From NCBI GenBank assembly GCA_038144855.1, contig JAYQOO010000004.1, positions 12,349 to 76,348 of the forward strand: a stretch of 64,000 bases of DNA. Direction: 5' to 3'. This DNA is from Acidimicrobiia bacterium (GTDB lineage: Bacteria > Acidobacteriota > Vicinamibacteria > Vicinamibacterales > UBA2999). Shown one piece after another: positions 55,696-64,000 of the stretch. Made by a program: the position numbers and the translations under genes. The notes beneath the pieces were generated by a model. That model ran no database searches. It was given only the letters and a program-made list of their open reading frames with translations, and was not told the origin of the DNA. How positions within the stretch are numbered: position 1 is the stretch's first letter; the number at the start of each line of letters is the position of its first letter.

Positions 55696-55735
55696 AGTGT
55701 GATTGGGGACGGTGATCAGCGCGCAGGCACGCGCG

Positions 55736-57046
55736 TCAGCCGCGACGAGCCCACAAATAGTAGGCCGGGAAACCGGTCGCGACAATGCCGAGTCCCATCG
55801 CGGCACTCGCAACATCGACACGAATCTGGTTCACGACAATGGTCAACGCAACGACGATGAACAGGATCGGCGCGGCCGGAACCAGCGCCATCCGCCAGGC
55901 CGGCTGGTAGTGCTTCCGGCGGCGCATGATGATGACGCCAAGTGCGAGCAGCGCGAAAAAGATCCACTCGGTGTAAATCACGCGGGTAAAGAGCGCGCGG
56001 TAACTCCCCGTCGTCACCAGCACCGATGCCCAGACGGCCTGCGCGATGATGGCGTGATCCGGCGTCTGGAACTTCGGATGGAGGTGGCCCTTGAAGCGGA
56101 ACCACAGACCGTCCTGGGCCATCTGGTAATACACACGGGGCCCGGCGAGGACAAGACCGTTCAGCGCCCCGAACGAACTGAACATCACCAGCGCCGAAAT
56201 CGCTCCCGCCGCACCGCCGCCAACGAGCACCTCGAACGTGTCGGCGGCGACCCGCGAAGAGGCCATGACGTCGCGAACCGGCAGCACCATCAGGTACACG
56301 GTGTTGAGCCCCATGTAACACAGCGTCACCACCAGCACGCCAATCAGCAGCGACCGCGGGATCGTGCGAGTCGGATCGACGGTTTCTTCCGCCGTGTAGG
56401 TCACGACGTGCCACCCGCCATAGGCAAACAGGCCGGCGCCGACCGCGAGCAGGAAATTCGCAAACGTCACCGGCGGCAAGGGCTCGACGGGTGGTGGCGG
56501 GCCGCCACGAAACAGCGCAAAGCCAACGACCATGATGGCCATCACCGCCAGCACCTTGACCAGCGTGAACGCGGACTGCAGCCTCGTGCCGAAGGTGACG
56601 CCGCGGTAGTTGATCGCCGACAGCACGACAATCGCCGACACAGCGACCAGTCGCTGGCCAGTCACATCGAGTTCGACGAAGAAGCCGGCGTAACGCGCGA
56701 ACACGGTGGCGATGGCCGCCAGGATGCCGGTGTGCATCGTCCAGAACATTGCCCAGCCCCAGATGAAGCCCAGCGTCGGCGAGTAGATTTCCTTGAAGAA
56801 GACGTAGACGCCACCGGTGCTCGGAAACGCAGACGACAGTTCTGCGCAGACGAGCGCGCCGATCAAGGTCAGCACGCCGGCCACGGCCCAGGCGAGGACG
56901 ACCATGATCGGATCCGGCACTAGGCTCGTCAGTTCGGACGCCTGGACGAAGATCGACGACCCGATGATGGTGCCCACGACCAGCGCCGTCGCGCCCGGAA
57001 GACCAATCGCCCGCTTGAGAGTTCCCATGAGGAATTCCGTCCGCAC
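55736..57046 (-). CDS. APC-family amino acid permease
   Basis: GLPGATALVVGTIIGSSIFV signature. 12-TM pattern. Confidence 0.85.
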   Translation of the reverse strand: MRTEFLMGTLKRAIGLPGATALVVGTIIGSSIFVQASELTSLVPDPIMVVLAWAVAGVLTLIGALVCAELSSAFPSTGGVYVFFKEIYSPTLGFIWGWAMFWTMHTGILAAIATVFARYAGFFVELDVTGQRLVAVSAIVVLSAINYRGVTFGTRLQSAFTLVKVLAVMAIMVVGFALFRGGPPPPVEPLPPVTFANFLLAVGAGLFAYGGWHVVTYTAEETVDPTRTIPRSLLIGVLVVTLCYMGLNTVYLMVLPVRDVMASSRVAADTFEVLVGGGAAGAISALVMFSSFGALNGLVLAGPRVYYQMAQDGLWFRFKGHLHPKFQTPDHAIIAQAVWASVLVTTGSYRALFTRVIYTEWIFFALLALGVIIMRRRKHYQPAWRMALVPAAPILFIVVALTIVVNQIRVDVASAAMGLGIVATGFPAYYLWARRG

Positions 57047-57096
57047 CGCCCTGACGATGCGTCGGCGTGATGGATTCTACATGCGATGTAGCATAG

Positions 57097-57849
57097 GTGG
57101 ACGTGCCCTTTTCCGTTGAACTGCTCCTGCTGGCGTCGACCGGCGCCATCGCCGGCGCCCTGAATGTGATCGGCGGAGGCGGCTCGTTCCTGACCCTCCC
57201 CGTCCTGCTGATCATCGGGCTGCCGGCAGCGATTGCCAACGGCACCAACCGCGTTGGCGTGCTCGCACAAAACATCGGCGGTCTCTACGGCTTTCACCGT
57301 CACGGGGCGGTGGACTGGAAGTGGTCACTAGCGGCTTGCGTGCCGGCATTGGCCGGCGCCGCGCTCGGCGTGTGGCTGGCGTTGGCGTTGCCGAACGTTG
57401 CGTTCAAGCGCACGTTGTCGATTGCGATGCTCGCGCTCACCCTCTGGTCGCTGCTCTCACCAGGCGCGGGTGGTCAGGCCAAGCGCGCGCCCACGTCGGC
57501 GTGGCATCCGGGCGTCGTGCTCGGATTTTTCGTAGTGGGCGTCTACGGCGGCTTCATTCAAGCCGGCGTGGGATTCATCGTGCTGACCGTAACCACGTGG
57601 GCGGGGCTGGACATGCTGCGCGGCAACGCCGCCAAGCTGCTGACGGTATTGCTGGTGACAGTGCTGTCGCTGGCCGTCTTCGCCGCCTCTGCTCAGGTCG
57701 ACTGGCCGCGCGGGATCGCCCTGGCCATCGGCAACGTGATCGGTTCCCACTACGGGGTGAAGCTGGCAATCTACAAGGGCGATGCCTGGTTGCAGCGCGC
57801 CGTCACGACGACGGTAGTGCTGTTTGCGATCGCGCTGTGGTTCCAGTGA
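57097..57849 (+). CDS. TauE/SafE family sulfite/anion exporter
   Basis: IAGALNVIGGGGSFLTLPVLL and a repeated 4-TM architecture. The start may be the in-frame GTG 57103. Confidence 0.85.
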   Translation: MDVPFSVELLLLASTGAIAGALNVIGGGGSFLTLPVLLIIGLPAAIANGTNRVGVLAQNIGGLYGFHRHGAVDWKWSLAACVPALAGAALGVWLALALPNVAFKRTLSIAMLALTLWSLLSPGAGGQAKRAPTSAWHPGVVLGFFVVGVYGGFIQAGVGFIVLTVTTWAGLDMLRGNAAKLLTVLLVTVLSLAVFAASAQVDWPRGIALAIGNVIGSHYGVKLAIYKGDAWLQRAVTTTVVLFAIALWFQ

Positions 57850-57870
57850 TCCTGCCGTAAGCTAGGGGCG

Positions 57871-59072
57871 ATGAAACCCGCCCTTGCCGCGCTGGCACTC
57901 AGCCTGCTGCTCGGCTTGCCCGCAATTGCACAAGCGCAGTTGCGCTCCCAGGTTGTAGCAACTGGGCTCACCAACCCGGTGGCATTCGTGGCGGATCCGA
58001 TCGACTCCGCCACATTCTTCGTCATCGAACAGCGCGGCACCATCCGGACCGTCCGCAACGGCAGCGTCTCATCCACCTTCTTCCTCGACGTGCGCTCGAC
58101 GATCTCGGCCGGTGGCGAGCGCGGCCTGCTCAGCCTGGCCTTTCCCCCGGACGCAGCAACGACGCGGCGCTTTTTCGTGACGTTGACGAATCTCGACGGC
58201 CACTTCGTGGTCGCGCGCTTCACGCGTACCAGCACGGGGGCGGTTGATCCCGCGTCCCGGTTTGATCTCGTCTGGTCCGACGGACGCGCGTTTGTGCAGC
58301 ATCCGTTTTCGAATCACAACGGCGGCCACCTCGCGTTTGGCCGGACGGCTATCTCTACATCGGCATGGGTGACGGCGGTAGCGGCGGCGATCCTATGAAC
58401 CTGGCGCAGCACCCGAACAGCCTGCTGGGCAAGATGCTGCGCATCGACGTCAGCGTGCCCGACAGCGACCGGCGTGGGTATCGCGGGCCCGAGGACAACC
58501 CTTTTGTCGACGGCGAGCCAATCTCGGCGCTCACCGAAATCTGGGCGTTCGGTCTGCGCAATCCGTGGCGCTACAACTTCGATGACTGGACGCGAGGCGG
58601 CACCGGCGCGCTCGTCATCGCCGACGTCGGGCAGACCGCTCGCGAAGAGGTGAATTGGGAACCGGCCGGTGCGGGCGGACGCAACTACGGCTGGCGGATT
58701 CGGGAGGGCCGTAACGCCTATGACACGCGCACGGCGGCCGCCTATCAACCCCTGACCGAGCCTATACACGACTACCCGCGCACCGACGGCACTTCGATTA
58801 CCGGTGGATTCGTGTATCGCGGCGCGGCGCTCCCCCCGATGTTCAACGGACGCTACTTCTTTGCCGACTATGTGGCAGGCTGGATCTACACGATCGGCCT
58901 CAGCCTCGACGCGCGCCAGGAAGCGACCGCGGTCGACCTGCTCGAACTGACCACCATGCTCGGCGGGACGAGCGAACTGGGACTGATCAGCTCCTTCGGC
59001 GTCGACGCCGACGGCGAGCTGTACCTCGTCAGTTATTCACGCGGTCGCATACTGAAAATCCTGCCTCAGTAG
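57871..59072 (+). pseudogene. PQQ-dependent (soluble glucose/sorbosone) sugar dehydrogenase with a 1-nt deletion near 58341
   Basis: Track ORFs 57871..58398 and 58365..59072 are the two halves. Restoring one C in ggCCgg (58339..58344) reads [28 protein letters not shown], the family signature. Confidence 0.8.
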
Positions 59073-59090
59073 ATCCGGGCCCGATTCATG

Positions 59091-59114
59091 CAGGTCACCC
59101 GCTCAGGTGACCTG
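59091..59114 (+). terminator. perfect 9-bp hairpin after the dehydrogenase gene
   Basis: CAGGTCACC-cgctca-GGTGACCTG, 19 nt past the stop. No U-tract. Confidence 0.35.
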
Positions 59115-59148
59115 GGCTGTTACATCGCTTTGATATGCTGAGTCTCTT

Positions 59149-61320
59149 ATGACCCCGTCGACTGCCGTCAGCCGACGTCCGCGCAAACGCCGCGCGGCGG
59201 AGGCCGTTGCGGCGCCGGCGCCGCCGATCCAGCAGGACTGGACCAACCTCGACCCCAACGCCCTCAGCAGCCCTGCCCTCTACATCAATCGAGAGCTGAG
59301 CTGGCTGGCGTTCAACGAGCGCGTCCTCGCGCAAGCCAAGGACGTTGCGCACCCGCTGCTCGAGCGGGTCAAGTTCCTCGCGATCACGGGCACCAACCTC
59401 GACGAGTTCTTCATGGTGCGCGTCGCGACGATTCTCAAGAAGTTCCGTGCCGGCATCGAAGAAGTGTCGATCGACGGTCAGACCACCGATCAACAGCTCG
59501 CAACGATTCGCAGTCGTGCGCTGGCGCAGATCGACGATCAGACGGCGTGCTGGAGCCGCTCTCTGCGACCACTGCTCGCGGCCGAAGGCATTCACCTGCT
59601 GGAACCGGCTGACTACACGCCGGCCATCGATACCTGGCTGGCGCAGTACTTCAAGGACCACATCTTCCCTGTGCTGACGCCGCTGGCGTTCGATCCGGGA
59701 CATCCGTTCCCGTACATCTCGAACCTCAGCATGAACCTCGCCGTGCGCGTGCGCCATGCCGGGCGCACGAAGTTTGCCCGCGTCAAAGTGCCGAGCATGC
59801 TGCCGCGCTTCATCGCGCTCCCCGACAACCTGTCGCCGCAGTCCGGGGTGTCGCACGTGTTCCTTGAGGACGTGATTCGCCGCAACATCCAGCAGTTGTT
59901 CCCGGGCACGCAGGTCGAGGGCGCGCACCTGTTTCGCATCATCCGCGACACCGACATGGTGATCCAGGAAGACGAAGCGGACGACCTGCTCGAAACCGTC
60001 GATCGCGGCCTCAAGCAGCTTCGCTACGGCGCCCTGTCGCTGCTGCAGGTTGAAGCCGACATGCCCAAGCGGGTGCTGAGCATCCTGATCGAAAACTTCG
60101 AAGTCGACGAAGACGTCGTCATGCGCACGGCGGATCGGCTTGGCTACGGCGACTGGCACTCCCTCTACAAGCTGCACCGCCCGGCGTTGAAGTATCCGGC
60201 GTTCACGCCACGCGTGATGTGGCCGCCCGAGGACGCCGACAAGGTGTTCGACCAGATCGCCGACCAGGACTTCCTGATCCACCACCCGTTTGATTCGTTC
60301 ACCTCGGTCGAAACCTTCCTGCGCGCCGCCGTCGACGACCCGCACGTGATCACCATCAAGATCACGCTCTATCGCATTGGCGCCAATTCACCGCTGGTCG
60401 ACCTGCTGATCGAGGCGGCCGAGCGCGGCAAGCAGGTCGCCGTGCTGGTGGAATTGAAGGCGCGCTTCGACGAGCGCAACAACATTGCGTGGGCGACGCG
60501 GCTTGAAGCTGCCGGCATCCACGTCGTCTATGGCCTGATGAACCTCAAGGTGCACTGCAAGCTGTGCCTGGTGGTCCGCCAGGAAAGCGACGGCATTCAC
60601 CGCTACGCGCACGTCGCCACCGGCAACTACAACCGCGGCACCTCGCAGGTCTACACCGACCTCGGCCTGTTCACCGCCGATGAAGCGGTCCTCGACGACG
60701 TGACCGAGGTGTTCAACTCGTTGACCGGCTACTCGAACCGCCGTTCCTACAACGCGCTGCTGGTCGCCCCGGTGGGGTTGCGACAGGGGCTGCGCGCGCT
60801 GGTCGAACGCGAGATGGAACATGCCAAGGCCGGCCGGCCGGCGCGCATGATCGTCAAGAACAATGCGGTCGCCGACTCCGGCATCATCAAGATCCTCTAT
60901 CGCGCGTCGCAAGCCGGCGTGCCGATCGACATGATCGTCCGCGGCGTGTGCTGCCTGCGCCCCGGCATCCCCGGCATCAGCGAGCGCATCAACGTCCGAT
61001 CCATCGTCGGGCAGTTTCTCGAGCACTCGCGCATCTACTATTTCGAGAACGGCGGCAGCCCCGAAGTCTTCATTGGCAGCGCCGACCTGATGGAGCGCAA
61101 TCTCGATCGCCGCGTCGAGGTGCTTTGCCCGGTCCTCGATCCCGCCATGCGCCAGCTGTTGCGCGATGCGGTCCTCGAGGTCCTGCTGAGTGACACCGAC
61201 CGCGCCTGGACGCTGCAAGCCGACGGCACGTATGTCCGCGCCAGCGCGCCCGAAGGCGTCCCGCCACTTAATTCGCAGCGGTTTCTGCAGGAGTGGTACG
61301 CGGCGCAGCACGAAGCGTAG
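59149..61320 (+). CDS. ppk1: polyphosphate kinase 1
   Basis: YINRELSWLAFNERVL N-terminus. Two PLD-like HKD-type C-domains (VHCKLCLV..., HSRIYYFENG). 723 aa. TG-a-TATGCT ends 9 nt before the ATG. Confidence 0.95.
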   Translation: MTPSTAVSRRPRKRRAAEAVAAPAPPIQQDWTNLDPNALSSPALYINRELSWLAFNERVLAQAKDVAHPLLERVKFLAITGTNLDEFFMVRVATILKKFRAGIEEVSIDGQTTDQQLATIRSRALAQIDDQTACWSRSLRPLLAAEGIHLLEPADYTPAIDTWLAQYFKDHIFPVLTPLAFDPGHPFPYISNLSMNLAVRVRHAGRTKFARVKVPSMLPRFIALPDNLSPQSGVSHVFLEDVIRRNIQQLFPGTQVEGAHLFRIIRDTDMVIQEDEADDLLETVDRGLKQLRYGALSLLQVEADMPKRVLSILIENFEVDEDVVMRTADRLGYGDWHSLYKLHRPALKYPAFTPRVMWPPEDADKVFDQIADQDFLIHHPFDSFTSVETFLRAAVDDPHVITIKITLYRIGANSPLVDLLIEAAERGKQVAVLVELKARFDERNNIAWATRLEAAGIHVVYGLMNLKVHCKLCLVVRQESDGIHRYAHVATGNYNRGTSQVYTDLGLFTADEAVLDDVTEVFNSLTGYSNRRSYNALLVAPVGLRQGLRALVEREMEHAKAGRPARMIVKNNAVADSGIIKILYRASQAGVPIDMIVRGVCCLRPGIPGISERINVRSIVGQFLEHSRIYYFENGGSPEVFIGSADLMERNLDRRVEVLCPVLDPAMRQLLRDAVLEVLLSDTDRAWTLQADGTYVRASAPEGVPPLNSQRFLQEWYAAQHEA

Positions 61321-61469
61321 CTTTTCCCTCGCTCCGCTCGGGGGGGATGGACTCAAGCCCCAACAATGGGCGATAGTGTCCAATCCGGGACGGCATGCAA
61401 GTCGAACAGATACGGTGATCTGAACCAGACGGATGGGCGTCGCCATCCGCGCTTGCCGACGCTCAACTG

Positions 61470-62519
61470 GTGCTGGTCTTTGGCGATCGCGCCGCGCTCG
61501 CCTCCAATCACTTCACGGCTTCACTCGCCGGCCGTTGGCCGAATGCCGCAGTCGTCGGCTGCTCTACGGCGGGACAGATTCACGGCACCAGCGTGTTCGA
61601 TGACGGTGCGATTGCCACCGCCGTCCGCTTCGACCATGCCCGCGTGCAGTTGGCGACGGTGCCAGTCACCGCCGGCGATAGTGCGGCGGCCGGCGCGGCA
61701 TTGGCGGCACAACTGGCCGCACCTGACCTGGTGCACCTGCTGATCATTTCCGAGGGCCTGGACATCAATGGCGAGGCCCTGGTCCGCGGAATCGGAGAGC
61801 GCCTGGGCACCACCGTGTCGGTCACCGGCGGGTTGTCGGCTGACGGTGAGCATTTTCGCGAGACAGCGGTCCTAGTTGGCGGCGAGGTGAGAACGAACAC
61901 TGTGGCGGCCATCGGCCTTTATGGGTCCCGACTCAGAGTCGGCTGTGGATCGCTGGGCGGATGGGATTCCTTCGGCCCCGAGCGCCAGATCACCAAGTCG
62001 GCCGGCAATGTTCTCTACGAACTCGATGGGCAGTCGGCACTGGCACTCTACAAACGCTATCTCGGTGATCACGCCGCGGGCTTGCCCGCCTCCGGGCTGC
62101 TGTTTCCCCTTTCGCTTCGCACCAGACAAGGCAGTTCGCCTGTCGTGCGGACGATCCTGTCAGTGAACGAAGCCGAGCAGAGTCTGACCTTCGCCGGCGA
62201 TGTGCCTACCGGCAGTTACGTGCGGCTGATGAAAGCCAACTTCGATCGGCTGATCGACGGCGCTGTCGGCGCCGGACGCGTCAGCGCCGAAGCACTCGGC
62301 ACTGGCGCTGACCTGGCGCTGCTGATCAGCTGCGTCGGCCGGCGGATGGTGCTGCGACAGCGCGTGGAGGAAGAGGTGAAAGGCGTCCGCGACATTCTTG
62401 GCGCGGGTGCCGCACTTACCGGCTTCTACTCCTACGGCGAGATCTCGCCGTTCACGCCGAAGGCCCGCTGCGAACTGCACAACCAGACAATGACGGTCAC
62501 GACACTGTCCGAACGTTGA
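61470..62519 (+). CDS. FIST-domain sensory protein (N-terminus possibly lost to a TGA at 61416)
   Basis: LVLVFGD..., AVVGCSTAGQI, LLISCVGRR, FYSYGEISP are FIST_N/FIST_C hallmarks. An in-frame upstream ATG at 61395 is separated from this start by TGA. Confidence 0.8.
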   Translation: MLVFGDRAALASNHFTASLAGRWPNAAVVGCSTAGQIHGTSVFDDGAIATAVRFDHARVQLATVPVTAGDSAAAGAALAAQLAAPDLVHLLIISEGLDINGEALVRGIGERLGTTVSVTGGLSADGEHFRETAVLVGGEVRTNTVAAIGLYGSRLRVGCGSLGGWDSFGPERQITKSAGNVLYELDGQSALALYKRYLGDHAAGLPASGLLFPLSLRTRQGSSPVVRTILSVNEAEQSLTFAGDVPTGSYVRLMKANFDRLIDGAVGAGRVSAEALGTGADLALLISCVGRRMVLRQRVEEEVKGVRDILGAGAALTGFYSYGEISPFTPKARCELHNQTMTVTTLSER

Positions 62520-62521
62520 CG

Positions 62522-64000
62522 ATGACCGACCCGCACAGCCTGCTTCGGCGCCAGCTCAAGCGCTTCTTCCCAGACGATCGCATCCCGGCAGCCATCGAGC
62601 CGATGCTATCGGCTATTGACGAGGCCTACCGGCAGTTCGACAACGACCGCGCGATGCTCGAGCGATCGCTGGACCTCAGCTCTCAGGAGCTGCTGCAGGC
62701 CAACGCCGAATTGCGTGCGCTCGTCAGCGCGTTCCCCGACCACATTCTCCGGCTCCGGCCAAACGGCACGATCCTCGACATCAAGGGCGCACCGTCGGAA
62801 CAGTCGCGCCGGTGGTTGCCCGGGCATGACTTCCTCGAGTCACTCGACGCCAAGGCCCGGCCGCTGCTGGTCGACGCGCTCCAGCGCGTGGTGGCACAGC
62901 AGGCCCCCAGCAGCGTTGAACTCGAAACCGGCGCCCGTTTCTTCGAGGCACGCTTGCTGCCGCTCGAGGACGCGCAGATCCTGATGATCCTGCGCGACGT
63001 GACGGAGCGCTACTACGCGGAGAAGCAGCTGCGCGCCAGCGAGCTGGCGCTGCACGAAGCGCACCGCGATCTCGAACGGCGCGTGGAAGAGCGGACGGCG
63101 GCATTGGGCCGGGTCAACGACGAGTTGCGCCGCGAGATCGCCGAACGCCAGGCCTCCGAGTCCGCTCGCAGCCTGCTCAAGGAACAGCTGCGCCATGCGC
63201 AGAAGATGGAAGCGATTGGCCGGCTGTCCGGCGGCATCGCGCACGACTTCAACAACCTGCTGACGGCGATCCGTGGTTACTCGGAGCTCCTGCTCAAGGA
63301 ACTACAGGGGTCGCCGCTCAGGGCCGACGTCGCGGAGATCTTCAACGCCGCCGACCGTGCAGCCACGCTGACCGGTCAGTTGCTGGCGTTCAGCCGGCGC
63401 CAGATCCTGACTCCGGAAATCGTCGTCCTCAATCAGCGTGTCTCCGACATGAGTCGTATGCTGGACCGCTTGATCGGCGAGCACATCGCTATCGACCTCC
63501 GGCTGGCGTCGGATTTGTGGACCGTCCGCGCGGACGCGGCCCAACTGGAACAGGTCCTGGTCAATCTCGCCCTCAACGCGCGCGACGCGATGCCGCAGGG
63601 CGGCCGGCTGACGATCGAGACGCTCAATCGCGACGTCACCGCGCCCGAGGCGCAGGCCCTGGAGATCACGGCGGGGCCGTACGTCGAGTTGCGCGTCCGC
63701 GACACCGGCATCGGCATTCCCGCCGACGTCCACGGCCGCATCTTCGAACCGTTCTTCACGACCAAGCCCAAGGGCGCCGCTACCGGCCTTGGCCTGTCGA
63801 TGGTCTACGGCTTCGTCAAACAGAGCGGCGGCGCCGTCAGCGTCGACAGCGCTCCAGGACGTGGCTCGACCTTCGCACTGCTGCTGCCGCGCACGATTGG
63901 GGCGGCCGACCGCACGCCCACGCCGAAACAACTGGCGCCGCAACCAGGTCGCGGCAGCAGAACGATCCTGATCGCCGAGGATGAACGCGCCCTGCGGCGA
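62522..64000 (+). CDS. hybrid sensor histidine kinase (PAS-HisKA-HATPase-REC), 3' end beyond the window
   Basis: Not in the track because it is open at the window end. My translation from ATG 62522, 2 nt after the FIST stop, gives 493 codons with no stop. H-box [18 protein letters not shown]-box [13 protein letters not shown]-boxes DTGIGI and GLGLSMVYG, then [12 protein letters not shown] (start of REC). Confidence 0.85.
   Translation, partial: MTDPHSLLRRQLKRFFPDDRIPAAIEPMLSAIDEAYRQFDNDRAMLERSLDLSSQELLQANAELRALVSAFPDHILRLRPNGTILDIKGAPSEQSRRWLPGHDFLESLDAKARPLLVDALQRVVAQQAPSSVELETGARFFEARLLPLEDAQILMILRDVTERYYAEKQLRASELALHEAHRDLERRVEERTAALGRVNDELRREIAERQASESARSLLKEQLRHAQKMEAIGRLSGGIAHDFNNLLTAIRGYSELLLKELQGSPLRADVAEIFNAADRAATLTGQLLAFSRRQILTPEIVVLNQRVSDMSRMLDRLIGEHIAIDLRLASDLWTVRADAAQLEQVLVNLALNARDAMPQGGRLTIETLNRDVTAPEAQALEITAGPYVELRVRDTGIGIPADVHGRIFEPFFTTKPKGAATGLGLSMVYGFVKQSGGAVSVDSAPGRGSTFALLLPRTIGAADRTPTPKQLAPQPGRGSRTILIAEDERALRR

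Noticed and set aside
43819-61418. Stop-codon reassignment or dedicated suppression (TAG or TGA read as sense) as the explanation for the three in-frame stops
   Set aside because: TAG cleanly terminates hflX, glpX, the 7519 methyltransferase, the kinase and the ABC ATPase at expected protein ends. TGA and TAA do the same for many other genes. The two tRNAs in the window are ordinary Lys-UUU and Glu-UUC, not suppressors. Nonsense mutation or sequence error is the simpler explanation.

Overview
GC-rich (about two-thirds G+C by eye), densely coding bacterial chromosomal segment. I call about 55 protein genes, 2 tRNAs (Lys-UUU, Glu-UUC) and several promoter, terminator and repeat elements. I see no rRNA, CRISPR array, transposase or integrase. 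The gene content points to Acidobacteriota: an ADOP-type orphan MacB-like permease, a VWFA-related acidobacterial-type secreted protein, three CarboxypepD_reg/TonB-type outer-membrane receptors, and a fused MFS/spermidine-synthase/TPR protein. That assignment is inferred from family distribution, not from a search. Housekeeping blocks: hflX; glpX; cysteine desulfurase-mnmA; trxA-trxB; glgA; ppk1; arginase; an amino-acid ABC transporter. All product names come from motif recognition in the supplied translations; no homology search was possible. Observations worth a second look: (1) A NarL-type two-component operon has a translationally coupled third gene that is a kinase-less paralog of the kinase's own TM-sensor-TM module. 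(2) A two-gene operon pairs a protein carrying a roughly 110-residue histone-H1-like K/A/P tail with an acidic disordered partner. (3) Lesion density is high: two in-frame TAGs, one TGA at an expected Trp, one 1-nt deletion, and two gene stumps. Two of these lesions or stumps abut the 3' ends of the tRNA genes. (4) A 16-nt TACAATCGG-NN-GTTTC element is shared in front of both tRNAs. (5) A tandem TonB-type receptor pair is kept under visible purifying selection, and a 31-bp near-perfect palindrome lies in the adjacent divergent promoter region. (6) A bactofilin, atypical methyltransferase and SAM-hydrolase gene string. (7) An orphan SPPY-type DNA methyltransferase with CTAGAT direct repeats upstream. 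(8) -10-like hexamers sit 6-10 nt before start codons at several genes, suggesting leaderless or short-leader mRNAs. I do not see one clear-cut novel system; items 1 and 2 are the best candidates.
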